Virus record (IMG/VR): IMGVR_UViG_3300027306_000005
Location: 1 to 60,445 of that record
DNA: 60,445 nt
DNA from: a virus
Taxonomy: Duplodnaviria > Caudoviricetes
Reading direction: 5' to 3' (one strand)
In this document: piece after piece, positions 29,222 through 38,502 of the stretch
Layout of the letters: each line of letters opens with the position of its first letter
Position numbering within the stretch: position 1 is the stretch's first letter
Program-made: the position numbers and the translations under genes
The notes under the pieces: model-generated
The model's input: the letters and a program-made list of their open reading frames with translations, nothing else
What the model was told of the DNA's origin: nothing
Databases searched by the model: none

Positions 29222-30775
29222 ATGGCCAATCAGTTGATCCACACAAACTACGGCTTGCGCTGGATGGGGCGAGCCCTGTCCGCTGGAACAACCGTGGCCA
29301 TTCATCAAGTCGCCATTGGCATTGGCGCCTTGACGCTCGACCGTGATGTCACAGCCCTGGTCGATGAACGTTTTCGCTTGCCGCCTGGACGCGTCTACTA
29401 CGAAGACGCAGAGACTCTTCTGGTGGTTATCGAGGTCATCCTGCCGGTGACGATCACACAGATCCAGCCGCGTGAAGTCGCGTTGTTCGATTCCACAGGC
29501 AGTTGTGTGGCGTGCGGCACGTTGAGCAGAGCCACGAAGTTCGCTGACGACCGCATGCGCATTCGCATGTACCTCGCTGTGCCCAGCGTGGGCTTTGTCG
29601 ATGAAGCTGGTGAGCCGAGCGCCGATCCAACGAAGATCGAGTTCCCGCTTGGCACACTGGATGAGCCTGAGCTTTACCCGAACAGCTATGCGCTGATGCA
29701 CAACAAAGAGCCGGCCGTCCATGAGGTCGTGAAAATCGTGTCGGTCACGGACACCACGATCACCCTGGCAGAAGCCCCGACGATGAATTGGCAACGTGGC
29801 TCGCGCATCACACCGTTGCGCGTGGCAAGGTTTGATCAGTTGCCGCAGATTCAGAACCTCACAGACCGGGTGTCGCAGATCACCGCACGCTTTGAGATCC
29901 TTGAATACACCCTCTACTCTCCGGTAGAGGATTGGGGGTACTGCGCTCCGGTGTTCGCTTTCGATCCCGATTGGTCGGACAGCGTTACCGTGAGCCATGA
30001 CCGCAACATCGTCGTGCTCGACAACGAGACTGGTGTGCGGCACTACTTCGACTCGGGCGAGCGTGATCGCATCGGCACACGGGCAAGTCTCAAGCTCCTT
30101 GAGCGCAGCGATGTTCTGCGCTTTCGTAAGTTCATCTCGGCCGCACGCGGCAAGGCTGTGAGCTTTTGGGCACCGTCGTTCACGATGGACATTGAGCCGG
30201 TTGGTGCGATCTCCGGCAGCTACTTTGATGCCCTGGACACCGGCTTCAGCGAGGCTTTCGTCAAGCCGCAAGACAGCCGCATCATGATCGCCATCGTGTT
30301 CGACGACGGTCGCCCCACGCTCTACCGCAAGCTCACTTCTGTCGTTCGAACGCTCACGGCAGAGCGGTACTTCGTCGACGTGCCGTTGCCGTTGATCAAG
30401 CGATCCGAGATCAACCGTGTGCACTTCATGGTGCCGTCCCGGTTCGATCAAGACGGATTCGAGATGCGCCATCACGTTGACGGCAGTCGAGCGGTTTCGA
30501 CCAGTGTCGTGCTCAAGTCTGTCGACATCGGTGATCTGCCTGACATCAACTGCTTCGTCACATCGAAGCCTTACCCGGTCGACGCCGTTGAGAAGCTGGA
30601 CGTTGGCATGGCAGTCACGGGCATTTCGATGGTTGAACTGCCGATGTGGGGCTATGCAGTGCAAGCCTCAATGTTTGTCTCAACCGTGAGCCTAGAAGAA
30701 GCCCCTGTGAGCTATACAGACGAGGCGCACGCCATCGAGACAAGCCTTACCGTAACAGGAGTGACACTGACATGA
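29222..30775 (+). CDS. chimeric tail protein: fibre-collar-like N-terminus plus distal tail protein C-terminal half
   Basis: N-terminal T..G......A......I..VAIG.G...L..E.FR...REVALF; C-terminal PLRVAR, PDWSD, ARGKAVSFWAPS. Confidence 0.65.
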   Translation: MANQLIHTNYGLRWMGRALSAGTTVAIHQVAIGIGALTLDRDVTALVDERFRLPPGRVYYEDAETLLVVIEVILPVTITQIQPREVALFDSTGSCVACGTLSRATKFADDRMRIRMYLAVPSVGFVDEAGEPSADPTKIEFPLGTLDEPELYPNSYALMHNKEPAVHEVVKIVSVTDTTITLAEAPTMNWQRGSRITPLRVARFDQLPQIQNLTDRVSQITARFEILEYTLYSPVEDWGYCAPVFAFDPDWSDSVTVSHDRNIVVLDNETGVRHYFDSGERDRIGTRASLKLLERSDVLRFRKFISAARGKAVSFWAPSFTMDIEPVGAISGSYFDALDTGFSEAFVKPQDSRIMIAIVFDDGRPTLYRKLTSVVRTLTAERYFVDVPLPLIKRSEINRVHFMVPSRFDQDGFEMRHHVDGSRAVSTSVVLKSVDIGDLPDINCFVTSKPYPVDAVEKLDVGMAVTGISMVELPMWGYAVQASMFVSTVSLEEAPVSYTDEAHAIETSLTVTGVTLT

Positions 30776-31674
30776 ACAAAGTAACCTCGCAACTCAGTGG
30801 CCGCTACATGCTGCGTGCCACGCGCCCCGATGGCAGTGTCCGCACCGTGGCTGACTGGTTTGACAACCTCGTGCTCGACAACGGTCTGAACCGCATCGGC
30901 TCTGGCGGCATCATGTCCACTGCCGTCGTCGGCTCTGGCAACACCACGCCGGCAAACGCGCAGAGCACTCTTGCCGCCCTGGTTGGTAGCACCACGACAA
31001 CGCAAGGCTCTGACATCAAGGGGACAGATCTTGCGAATGGCTTCGCGTACTGCCGTCGCACTTTCCGCTTCGCAGCCGGGGTTGCCGCAGGCAACTTGGC
31101 CGAGGTCGGCATCGGCTGGGCGTCCAACAATCTCTTCAGCCGCACGCTGATCCGAGACGGTGGTGGCACACCCACGACGGTGACCGTGCTCTCCGATGAA
31201 GTCCTCGATCTGGTCTACGAGCTTCGGGTGTACTGGCCAACAACGGACAACGTGACCACGGTCGACATCGGCGGCACCACCTACACGGTCACAGTGCGTG
31301 CGAGCGACGTGGACCAGTGGGCCGAAGGCACCAGCATGTTCGCTTACCTGTTGGGTAACGGGATCACGAACGGCATTCAGGACGTTCTCGGGTATGGCCC
31401 TGGCACCCTTGGCGGTGTCACGGATGGGCCGGGTGGCAGCTTCCTCAACCGACCCAGCACAACGGGCTTCGACGGTTCCTACGTGAACAACAGCAACGAA
31501 CGCCTGTTCAAAACCATCGCTGGGCTGAGCGACATCACCTCCAGCATCGGCAGCTTCAATCTGATCACCCCGCTTGGTATGTACAAGATGGGCTTCAGCC
31601 CCTCAATCCCCAAGACCGCTTCGAACATCCTGACCATCAACTTCAAGCTCTCGTGGGCGCGCAAGGTCATCTGA
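30772..31674 (+). CDS. virion structural (tail) protein
   Basis: WFDNLVLDNGL, VGSG.T.P, RF..G.AAGNLAEVG, LFSR.LI; ATGA overlap. Confidence 0.75.
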   Translation: MNKVTSQLSGRYMLRATRPDGSVRTVADWFDNLVLDNGLNRIGSGGIMSTAVVGSGNTTPANAQSTLAALVGSTTTTQGSDIKGTDLANGFAYCRRTFRFAAGVAAGNLAEVGIGWASNNLFSRTLIRDGGGTPTTVTVLSDEVLDLVYELRVYWPTTDNVTTVDIGGTTYTVTVRASDVDQWAEGTSMFAYLLGNGITNGIQDVLGYGPGTLGGVTDGPGGSFLNRPSTTGFDGSYVNNSNERLFKTIAGLSDITSSIGSFNLITPLGMYKMGFSPSIPKTASNILTINFKLSWARKVI

Positions 31675-32267
31675 TGCTGCCGTCTAACGCGCCTGCCACG
31701 TACCCGATCCCCGGGCTCTTCTTGAGTCCGGACGACCGTTTGCCGTCGAGCCTCGTCGACTACGAACGTGGGGGCGTGGCCATCAACGATCCGTCGTTCG
31801 GTCTGGACGTTCAGGATTGGACATGCTGGTACGAAAGCCTGGAGGTTCGCGTTGCACCGGCTGACGGTCCACGCGAGACCTTGTTCACGCGTGCAGGCAT
31901 CAACCACTTGAGTTTCGCCTTCGATCAGAACATGCGCCCAACGGTAGTGTTCATCGAAGGTGAAACGACCTATCTTTGGTGGTACGACAGCACGGTCCCA
32001 GGGCACGTCTTCACCAGCTTCGGCACAGGCATTACCTCCCCACGCGTGGCCATGGACGACCGTCGCGCTCTTTCATCGTCCTCGTCTGACGTGATCTTCG
32101 CGTACATTCGCTATGACGCAGGCACCAGTTCCTATGCCCTGTGCTACCGGCAGCAGCGGGATCGATATACGGTCGAGCGGGTTCTCCGCACCGGGCTGTC
32201 AGAGCGCACGCGGCTCAAGAACATCGGCATGTCGGCGAACCTGCGCTTTCAATTCGAGTTGGCCTGA
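31674..32267 (+). CDS. virion structural (tail) protein
   Basis: DYERGGVAINDPS.GL, FAFDQNMRP, YRQQRDRY; TGATG coupling. Confidence 0.75.
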   Translation: MLPSNAPATYPIPGLFLSPDDRLPSSLVDYERGGVAINDPSFGLDVQDWTCWYESLEVRVAPADGPRETLFTRAGINHLSFAFDQNMRPTVVFIEGETTYLWWYDSTVPGHVFTSFGTGITSPRVAMDDRRALSSSSSDVIFAYIRYDAGTSSYALCYRQQRDRYTVERVLRTGLSERTRLKNIGMSANLRFQFELA

Positions 32268-32269
32268 TC

Positions 32270-33100
32270 ATGAGCTTCAATGCACGCGAAACATCCACAG
32301 AAAGTGGACAACCGATCCGCTGTTACCGCTTCGTCTTCGAAGACGGCAGCCGCGACTTCGGCTTCACTTCTGCGCCCAACCTGACCACGTTGATCCCGAT
32401 TGCAGGGGCACTCATGTTCCTGCCCGTGGCCATCAAGGATGATGGTCTGCGTTCGACCGGCGACAAGATCGCCGACACGATGACGATCACAGCCCCTTCG
32501 GACATCGAGCCGGCTCAGTGGTTCGTGCGCTCACCGCCGACCCGAACTGTGCGGGTCATCATCTACGACAAGCACCACGCTGACGATGAGTTCCTTGTGA
32601 CCTACACGGGTGAGGTGCGAGAAGTCAGTTTCGACGAGATTGGCCAGTGCAAGTTCATCTGCGGCGCAATTGGTGACTCGATGGACCGCGAAGGCTTGCG
32701 GCTGTGCTGGGAGCGAACCTGCACACACACGATCTATGACGACGAATGCAAGCTCATCGCTGCGTTCTTCGGCGTCGACGTGTTTGTCATGAGCCTGACT
32801 GCTGACAGCGTGCAAGTTGACGGCTTGGCGGGCCAACCTGACGGGAAGTTCAACGGTGGTTTCCTCCAGTTCCAGCACCCGGTCAAGGGTCAGCTTTACA
32901 AGACGATCCGAAAGCACGTTGGCTCGACGCTCTCAATCTTCGAAGGAACGACCGACATCTTCGCGGGCACGCAGATCCGGGTCTATCCAGGGTGCGATCA
33001 CACGCCAGCAACTTGCCAGTCTTTCGGCAACTACAACAACTACGGTGGCGTGCCGAGCCTTCCTGGCAAGTCGCCGTTCGACGGCAATCCGGTCTTCTAA
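32270..33100 (+). CDS. DUF2163/BR0599 tail tip hub protein (gpL-like)
   Basis: C.H.IYD..C and YPGCDHT..TC..F.N..NYGG Cys motif. Confidence 0.85.
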   Translation: MSFNARETSTESGQPIRCYRFVFEDGSRDFGFTSAPNLTTLIPIAGALMFLPVAIKDDGLRSTGDKIADTMTITAPSDIEPAQWFVRSPPTRTVRVIIYDKHHADDEFLVTYTGEVREVSFDEIGQCKFICGAIGDSMDREGLRLCWERTCTHTIYDDECKLIAAFFGVDVFVMSLTADSVQVDGLAGQPDGKFNGGFLQFQHPVKGQLYKTIRKHVGSTLSIFEGTTDIFAGTQIRVYPGCDHTPATCQSFGNYNNYGGVPSLPGKSPFDGNPVF

Positions 33101-33109
33101 GGAGCGGCC

Positions 33110-33346
33110 ATGGAACTTGCAATCTATATCGCGATCCTTGTCATCTCGATCTACGTCTCTGTCTCTATGGCCCCTAAACCTGAAACACCTCGGGCCACGG
33201 CATTCGAGGACATTGACTTCCCGCAGGTTGACGAAGGCACCCCGCAAGCCGTGATCTTCGGTGACTGCTGGTCGGGTGACTGGACCGTCCTGGCCGTTGG
33301 CAACTACCGCACCACCGCCATCCGCTCGAAGGGGGGCAAGAAGTGA
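33110..33346 (+). CDS. tail assembly protein
   Basis: Hydrophobic N-terminus, FPQVDEGTPQAVIFG, ends GGKK. Confidence 0.8.
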   Translation: MELAIYIAILVISIYVSVSMAPKPETPRATAFEDIDFPQVDEGTPQAVIFGDCWSGDWTVLAVGNYRTTAIRSKGGKK

Positions 33347-33552
33347 CCGACATCACCGTGACCATCGCAGACGTTCGTGCCTGCAACCTGTGCGTGCGTG
33401 GTGCTCGTCAGTGGTTCAACCTCAACAAGTTGGACTTCCAGCACTTCCTCATGCACGGCTATCCGATTGAAACCATCGAGGCCACGAACGATGCCCTGGG
33501 CAAGCAGGTGGCCGAGTACGCACGTCGTCGTGCAGCAGGGGAAGAAGAATGA
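33343..33552 (+). CDS. tail assembly protein
   Basis: C..GAR.WF....LD...F...G motif. Confidence 0.8.
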   Translation: MTDITVTIADVRACNLCVRGARQWFNLNKLDFQHFLMHGYPIETIEATNDALGKQVAEYARRRAAGEEE

Positions 33553-35132
33553 GTCGTTGGCACCGTCATGAATGGGACATGCTGCCCGAGCGGGCGTTCC
33601 AGCCTCGTGGGCCGCACGGCCAGATGACGCTTGAAGGTGGCGGTGGCGGTGGGAGCCAAGTGGTTGGCTACCGCTACTACTTCGGCATTCACATGGGTGT
33701 TTGCCGTGGCCCTGTCGATGAACTCGTGGCCATCAAGGTTGGCGACAAGCTGGCGTGGAGTGGCTCGGTCACATCGTCAGGTTACTTCTCAATCGACAAT
33801 CCGAACCTGTTCGGCGGGGACAAAGGCGAGGGTGGTATCCAAGGAACCGTGCGGGCGATGTTCGGAGAGGACACGCAGACGGCCCCAGGTGAGATCGAGG
33901 CGATGACAGGGACCGCGCAACCTGCGTTCCGTCGAAAGTTCACGCTGTTCTTCGATGGTCTGGTCAGCGCACTCAACCCATACCCGAAGGCATGGAAGAT
34001 GCGCGTGCGTCGCGTGCTCTCTGGTTGGCAAGATGGCACCTTACCTTCGTGGGGTGTGACGTACGGCAAGATCATCATGACGCCGAACGACTTTGCTACC
34101 CTCGGTTCCGAATGGGGTGACAAGTACATCCATGCGATGAACCCGGCCCTGATCATCTACGAGTGCTTGACCAACAAGCAGTGGGGTCGAGGCTTGAGCG
34201 CCGATGCGATTGACGACACCTCTTTTGCCGCTTCCGCGCAGACCCTGTGGTCCGAAGGCTTCGGCCTGTGCATCAAGTGGTCACGCAAGGACACGATCCG
34301 CAACTTCATCAGTTCGGTTCTTGATCATGTCGCTGCAACGCTCTACACCGACAGAAGCACCGGCAAGATCACGCTGAAGTTGATCCGTGACGACTACACG
34401 GTGAGCACGCTTCCACTCTTTACGCCGGAAACTGGCCTGCTTGACGTTTCTTCGAACGATGTCGTCAGCCCCAACGAACAGGTCAACGTCATTCAAGTGA
34501 AATACAGGCACGCTGTGACGAATGAGGCTCGGATCGTTCGAAGCGACAGCCTCGGCGGTGTCATCGGCAAGTACGGTGTTGTGAACGCGAGCACGAGGGA
34601 CTACCCAGGTATCCCAACGGCATCGCTCGCTTTGCGCGTGGCCGAGCGTGATCTACGCATTTCCGCTACCAGTCTTCGTCGCTACAGCTTCCGGCTCGAC
34701 CGCCGAGGCTATGCGGTCTACCCCGGTCAAGCCATTCGAATCGCCCACCCTTCGATGAACATCCCTGAGACGGTGGTTCGCGTGGGCAAGATCGAAGACA
34801 ACTTCGGCGACGGCAACATCAAAGTCACCGCAGTGCAGGATGTCTTTGGCCTGCCCTCCGAGAGTTTTGGTGGCAGCGTGGGCAGCACTTGGACGCCACC
34901 TGACACCGCACCCTGTGTGCCGTTCAACCGCGCGTTCGAAGTGCCTTACTTCCTTGTCGCTCGATACACGACGGCTTCCGAGTTTGCTTTCGTGGACGCC
35001 ACGTCAGCCGGCATCGGTGTCGTGGCTGACAAGGGTAAACCGCTCAACGGTGCGTATGACATCGCGGTTCGCACGAGTGCGCCGACCAGCGATGACAATG
35101 CTGTCGACGCTTCCTACAACTGCCCGATCTGA
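33549..35132 (+). CDS. central tail tip protein (gpJ-like)
   Basis: GYRYYFGIHMG, LFGGDKGEGG, NPYPK.W, MNPA.IIYECLT...WGRG. Confidence 0.85.
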   Translation: MSRWHRHEWDMLPERAFQPRGPHGQMTLEGGGGGGSQVVGYRYYFGIHMGVCRGPVDELVAIKVGDKLAWSGSVTSSGYFSIDNPNLFGGDKGEGGIQGTVRAMFGEDTQTAPGEIEAMTGTAQPAFRRKFTLFFDGLVSALNPYPKAWKMRVRRVLSGWQDGTLPSWGVTYGKIIMTPNDFATLGSEWGDKYIHAMNPALIIYECLTNKQWGRGLSADAIDDTSFAASAQTLWSEGFGLCIKWSRKDTIRNFISSVLDHVAATLYTDRSTGKITLKLIRDDYTVSTLPLFTPETGLLDVSSNDVVSPNEQVNVIQVKYRHAVTNEARIVRSDSLGGVIGKYGVVNASTRDYPGIPTASLALRVAERDLRISATSLRRYSFRLDRRGYAVYPGQAIRIAHPSMNIPETVVRVGKIEDNFGDGNIKVTAVQDVFGLPSESFGGSVGSTWTPPDTAPCVPFNRAFEVPYFLVARYTTASEFAFVDATSAGIGVVADKGKPLNGAYDIAVRTSAPTSDDNAVDASYNCPI

Positions 35133-35134
35133 CC

Positions 35135-35968
35135 ATGGCCAATAGCGACTATTCCGTGACAGCCACCTCGGCGCCTTTCTGCCCGAACGCGCAGATCGTC
35201 AATGCCGTAGGCCCTTTGACCACCGTCTTCGACATCGAGAACTTGCGCTCAACGGGCGTCGACGAAATCCTGGCCGGCGAGGCTGCGATGATCAACGACG
35301 AGATCGTCAAGGTGGTCAGCATCTCGTCGACTGAGTTGGTCGTCGCCCGTGGCTGTGCAGATACGATCCCACAGGCTCACGCCGCTGGCTCGCGCATCTG
35401 GTTCTTCAACGACAGCATCGGCTACGACGGACGTGAGTACGCCGGGTCTGAGACGGTAGGTGTGAAGATCCTGCCGAAGACGGCCAGTTCTCAGGTGCCC
35501 ATCGAGTACAGCCCACCTTCGGCCCTCACGTTCAACTTCCGCTTTGCTCGACCGTACGCCCCGGGGTTGGTCGAGGTCAACGGTGACCCGTTCACCGAGG
35601 TCAAGACCATCAACCCGACCAACGATACGCTGAGCCTGACCTGGGCGCACCGTGATCGCGTCACACAGTTCGACCAGTTGATCGACCACTTGGCCACCAG
35701 CATCGGCCCTGAGGCGGGCACCACCTACACCGTCAAGGCCCACAGGTCGAGCGACAACAGCGTGGTCAGGACGACGACGGGCATCACGGGAGCCAGTTGG
35801 ACTTACCCCTTGGCCACGGCGAGAAGTGATTTCGGGATCACGGTCGGCGCCGTGGGTGCACCTGTGGTGTTGACCGATGGCTACCTCACCCTGGAGGCGG
35901 TGCGTGACGGCTACACCTCATGGCAGAAATACAGGATCGACTTCAAGGTGAGCAACGCAGCCGTGTAA
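35135..35968 (+). CDS. tail tip-associated protein
   Basis: ARGCADTIPQ.H.AG..IWF, RPYAPG, W.HRDR, GPEAGTTY. Confidence 0.8.
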   Translation: MANSDYSVTATSAPFCPNAQIVNAVGPLTTVFDIENLRSTGVDEILAGEAAMINDEIVKVVSISSTELVVARGCADTIPQAHAAGSRIWFFNDSIGYDGREYAGSETVGVKILPKTASSQVPIEYSPPSALTFNFRFARPYAPGLVEVNGDPFTEVKTINPTNDTLSLTWAHRDRVTQFDQLIDHLATSIGPEAGTTYTVKAHRSSDNSVVRTTTGITGASWTYPLATARSDFGITVGAVGAPVVLTDGYLTLEAVRDGYTSWQKYRIDFKVSNAAV

Positions 35969-36006
35969 GTCCTGCTACACTGGCCTTGCCAACACGAGTC
36001 TCCCTA

Positions 36007-36041
36007 AACCCCGTCCGACGCAAGTCGGCGGGGTTCTTTTC
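36007..36041 (+). terminator. terminator after the tail operon
   Basis: AACCCCG(T)CCGAC-GCAA-GTCGGCGGGGTT followed by CTTTT. Confidence 0.75.
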
Positions 36042-36119
36042 ATGGGGTGTTTGAAATTGCAACGTTGTGCGTACAATGAGCGTCCAAATGGTTGAACCGT
36101 CAATCTTTTGGGAATCAGC

Positions 36120-36539
36120 ATGCCGCACAGCCAGCTTAATCCGGTGGAAGCGACAGTGGCCTTGCTGCTCTTGGTGTTCTCGCCGGAAGCAGCAAAGATC
36201 GTAGGCCCCTACGCAGTGATCATCCTCTCAGCGGCGCTCGGCGCAAGCTGGTCTCTCGGGCGCAAGCCGCCCCTCGAACGTAACGCAGGAGCGTTCGCGT
36301 TCTTCCTCAAGATCATCGGCACGGCATGCCTCGTGACCGTTGGCTTGGCTGAGTTGGCCAAGCACTACTTCAAGCTCGACATCGACATCACATGGCTGCT
36401 CGCTCCTATCGGGCTGCTGATCGGTGGGGTGGGCGACGACTGGCCGAAGCTGGTCAATTGGGCATGGGAGAAAGTCAAAGGTCGCATCGGCGCAAAGATC
36501 GAAGGCCAAAGCACCGGAGGCTCTGATGGCAACGCCTGA
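36120..36539 (+). CDS. holin-like membrane protein
   Basis: 3-4 hydrophobic segments; first gene of the lysis cassette. Confidence 0.65.
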   Translation: MPHSQLNPVEATVALLLLVFSPEAAKIVGPYAVIILSAALGASWSLGRKPPLERNAGAFAFFLKIIGTACLVTVGLAELAKHYFKLDIDITWLLAPIGLLIGGVGDDWPKLVNWAWEKVKGRIGAKIEGQSTGGSDGNA

Positions 36540-36831
36540 AGTCCAACTCATCGCTTCGATCAACCTCACCATCTGCGCAGGCTGCTTTTGGGCATGCCTG
36601 TGCAGACTCAACTCGATGTCTGCAAAGGTCTGCAAACGGGTGCGACTTCAGTTTGTGCTCTTGCTCGTCGGCTCCCTGGCCAGTGGGTTGCAGCCGATGT
36701 TCTTCCAGCAGTGGCCCGGTGTGGGCCAAACGCTTTTCTCCGCTGCCGTCCTCATCGGGCTGGTGTTGTCGATGAGCAGATGGAAGAGTGGGCCACCTGA
36801 AGACCTCCTGCCACGGGACGACGAATCATGA
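36526..36831 (+). CDS. second holin/antiholin-like membrane protein
   Basis: GGAGG RBS; 3 hydrophobic segments; directly before the endolysin. Confidence 0.6.
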   Translation: MATPEVQLIASINLTICAGCFWACLCRLNSMSAKVCKRVRLQFVLLLVGSLASGLQPMFFQQWPGVGQTLFSAAVLIGLVLSMSRWKSGPPEDLLPRDDES

Positions 36832-37262
36832 GCACGCAGATCACCCTCGCGAACTACTGGATGGGCCGGGACAAGACTCATCCGATGGACCTGAGCACGC
36901 TGGTCTACCGCAACGCTGAAGTCCTCGTCAGCCTGATCAACAAGCTGCTGCCCTTGGCCGAGGCGGACGGGGTGAAGTTCGAGATTCACCCACGTACGAA
37001 GTCGATCATCTCCGGTGGCTGGCGCCCGCCCGCGATCAACTCATCCACAAAGGGTGCGGCCGTCAACTCCAAGCACATCACCGGGCAAGCTGTCGATGTG
37101 TACGACCCGGATGGCGACTTCGACGAGTGGCTCATCAGCGAGCGCGGAATCAAGGCTCTGGAGCAGATCGGGTTGTGGATCGAGCATCCCGCGTCGACGA
37201 AGGGTTGGACTCACCTGCAATCGGTGCCACCGGGCTCCAAGCGGCGCGTGTTCTATCCCTAG
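36828..37262 (+). CDS. endolysin, peptidase M15 family
   Basis: SGGWRP...N...GAA.NSKHITGQAVD and W.H Zn-ligand motifs. Confidence 0.85.
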   Translation: MSTQITLANYWMGRDKTHPMDLSTLVYRNAEVLVSLINKLLPLAEADGVKFEIHPRTKSIISGGWRPPAINSSTKGAAVNSKHITGQAVDVYDPDGDFDEWLISERGIKALEQIGLWIEHPASTKGWTHLQSVPPGSKRRVFYP

Positions 37263-37271
37263 GAGGTTTCC

Positions 37272-37769
37272 ATGTTCGTGATCCCGACCCACTACAAGGT
37301 CATTGCAGGTGCCGCTCTCGCGGCCCTTTGCGCTTTCGGGGTTTGGTCGTTCGGCGAGGCCCGCTTTGCCGAAGGACAGGAGAGCGAAAGGGCACTGGCC
37401 AGGGCTGCGAAGACCACCGAATCCGAGAGCAGCCGCAAGCTCGAAGCTGATGTCTCGGGCAACAAGGAGAACCGTTATGACGAGTACATCAAGGCCCGTG
37501 ACACGGCCATCGCTTCTGCCGATGCTGCTCGCACTGAGCTTGGCCGGCTGCGCAACACCCTTGCCCGTTACCAACGTGGAGCCACCCAAGGCACCACCAC
37601 CGAATGCCGAGTTGATGAGCAAGCCGCGCTCGCTCGGAGCCTCGAAAGCTGCGGAGAACGACATCAAGAAGTGGCGCGAGACGGTGAACTCGACGCCGAG
37701 CAAGTGATCGGCTTGCAGAACTACATCCAATCCATCGCGCCTTTGTGCATTCGGAAAACTGAAGATTGA
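37272..37769 (+). CDS. Rz: i-spanin
   Basis: AGGAGG RBS; N-terminal TM plus coiled coil; ends ..GLQNYI. Confidence 0.8.
   Translation: MFVIPTHYKVIAGAALAALCAFGVWSFGEARFAEGQESERALARAAKTTESESSRKLEADVSGNKENRYDEYIKARDTAIASADAARTELGRLRNTLARYQRGATQGTTTECRVDEQAALARSLESCGERHQEVARDGELDAEQVIGLQNYIQSIAPLCIRKTED
37477..37707 (+). CDS. Rz1: o-spanin lipoprotein embedded in Rz
   Basis: AAGGAG RBS, lipobox LAGC, Pro-rich, +1 frame entirely inside Rz. Confidence 0.8.
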   Translation: MTSTSRPVTRPSLLPMLLALSLAGCATPLPVTNVEPPKAPPPNAELMSKPRSLGASKAAENDIKKWRETVNSTPSK

Positions 37770-37780
37770 AAGGAACCATC

Positions 37781-38146
37781 ATGAAACTCTTCTTCACGTT
37801 CATCCTGACCATCTTGCCAGCCATGGCCATGGCTTCCGCAGTGACCTGTCTGCCCAAGCAGCTCGCCGGCAGCGGCACAAGCGCCATTGCGCGTTCGAAC
37901 GCGAAGGGGGACTTCATCGCCTACTACTGTCCCAGGGAAGCCATGCCGACCATGTTCGTCTGCCTGAAGTCGACATGCTCCCTGGTCGCCAGCAAACGGG
38001 CCTTTGCGCAGATCCTCACCAACCCGAGCGTGGTGGGGGTCAACGCGGCCATCAAACCGTACACGCGTGACCCCCTGCGTGATCCTGAACTCAAACAGGT
38101 GTGGTTGCCGCACATCGACGAGATTGCCGCACTCGGAAAGCAGTGA
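37781..38146 (+). CDS. exported Cys-containing hypothetical protein
   Basis: Signal peptide MKLFF...AMA; 4 Cys. Confidence 0.7.
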   Translation: MKLFFTFILTILPAMAMASAVTCLPKQLAGSGTSAIARSNAKGDFIAYYCPREAMPTMFVCLKSTCSLVASKRAFAQILTNPSVVGVNAAIKPYTRDPLRDPELKQVWLPHIDEIAALGKQ

Positions 38147-38147
38147 C

Positions 38148-38462
38148 ATGACGACTGCGGAACGTGTCCTCCAAATCCTCAAAGAGAAGGATGGGTTCGT
38201 CCGCATCTCAGATCTGCGTTCGCTCGACGTGCACCCACAGACACTGTACCGGGTGATCGGAAAACTCTTGAACGAGGGCTTGATCGAGCGAGGGATTCGG
38301 ATCACGGATCGTGGGCAGGCTTGCAGGGCCACTCGGCAGCGCAAGACTTGTCCTGAACTGTCCATGTTGATTCACCCACCTCAGGAAACCTTCAAAGCTA
38401 TCAGCGATGAGGCCATTGAAGACTTGAGAAACGAAGCCGTTGAGGCCCGACAATTTCGCTGA
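38148..38462 (+). CDS. winged-helix protein (AbiEi N-terminal-like)
   Basis: GFVRISDL...VHPQTLYRVIGKLLNEGLIERG. Confidence 0.65.
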   Translation: MTTAERVLQILKEKDGFVRISDLRSLDVHPQTLYRVIGKLLNEGLIERGIRITDRGQACRATRQRKTCPELSMLIHPPQETFKAISDEAIEDLRNEAVEARQFR

Positions 38463-38502
38463 GAGTTAGCTCACTGAAACAACCTTAGAAAGGAAACACA
38501 TC

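Noticed and set aside
27047-29613. Insert in the distal tail gene as a self-splicing intron or transposon
   Set aside because: It is fully occupied by tail-fibre-type coding sequence, with no homing endonuclease, transposase, terminal inverted repeats or room for a ribozyme core. The short border match may be chance.
35100-35170. Stop between 33549..35132 and 35135..35968 as a sequencing error or pseudogene
   Set aside because: The clean TGA-CC-ATG junction matches other gene junctions in this genome, and a separate downstream gene is plausible for this phage group.
36050-36096. Lysis promoter (TACAAT at 36072) and a degenerate copy of the 16-bp motif
   Set aside because: The -35 spacing is poor and the motif match is only partial, too weak to call.
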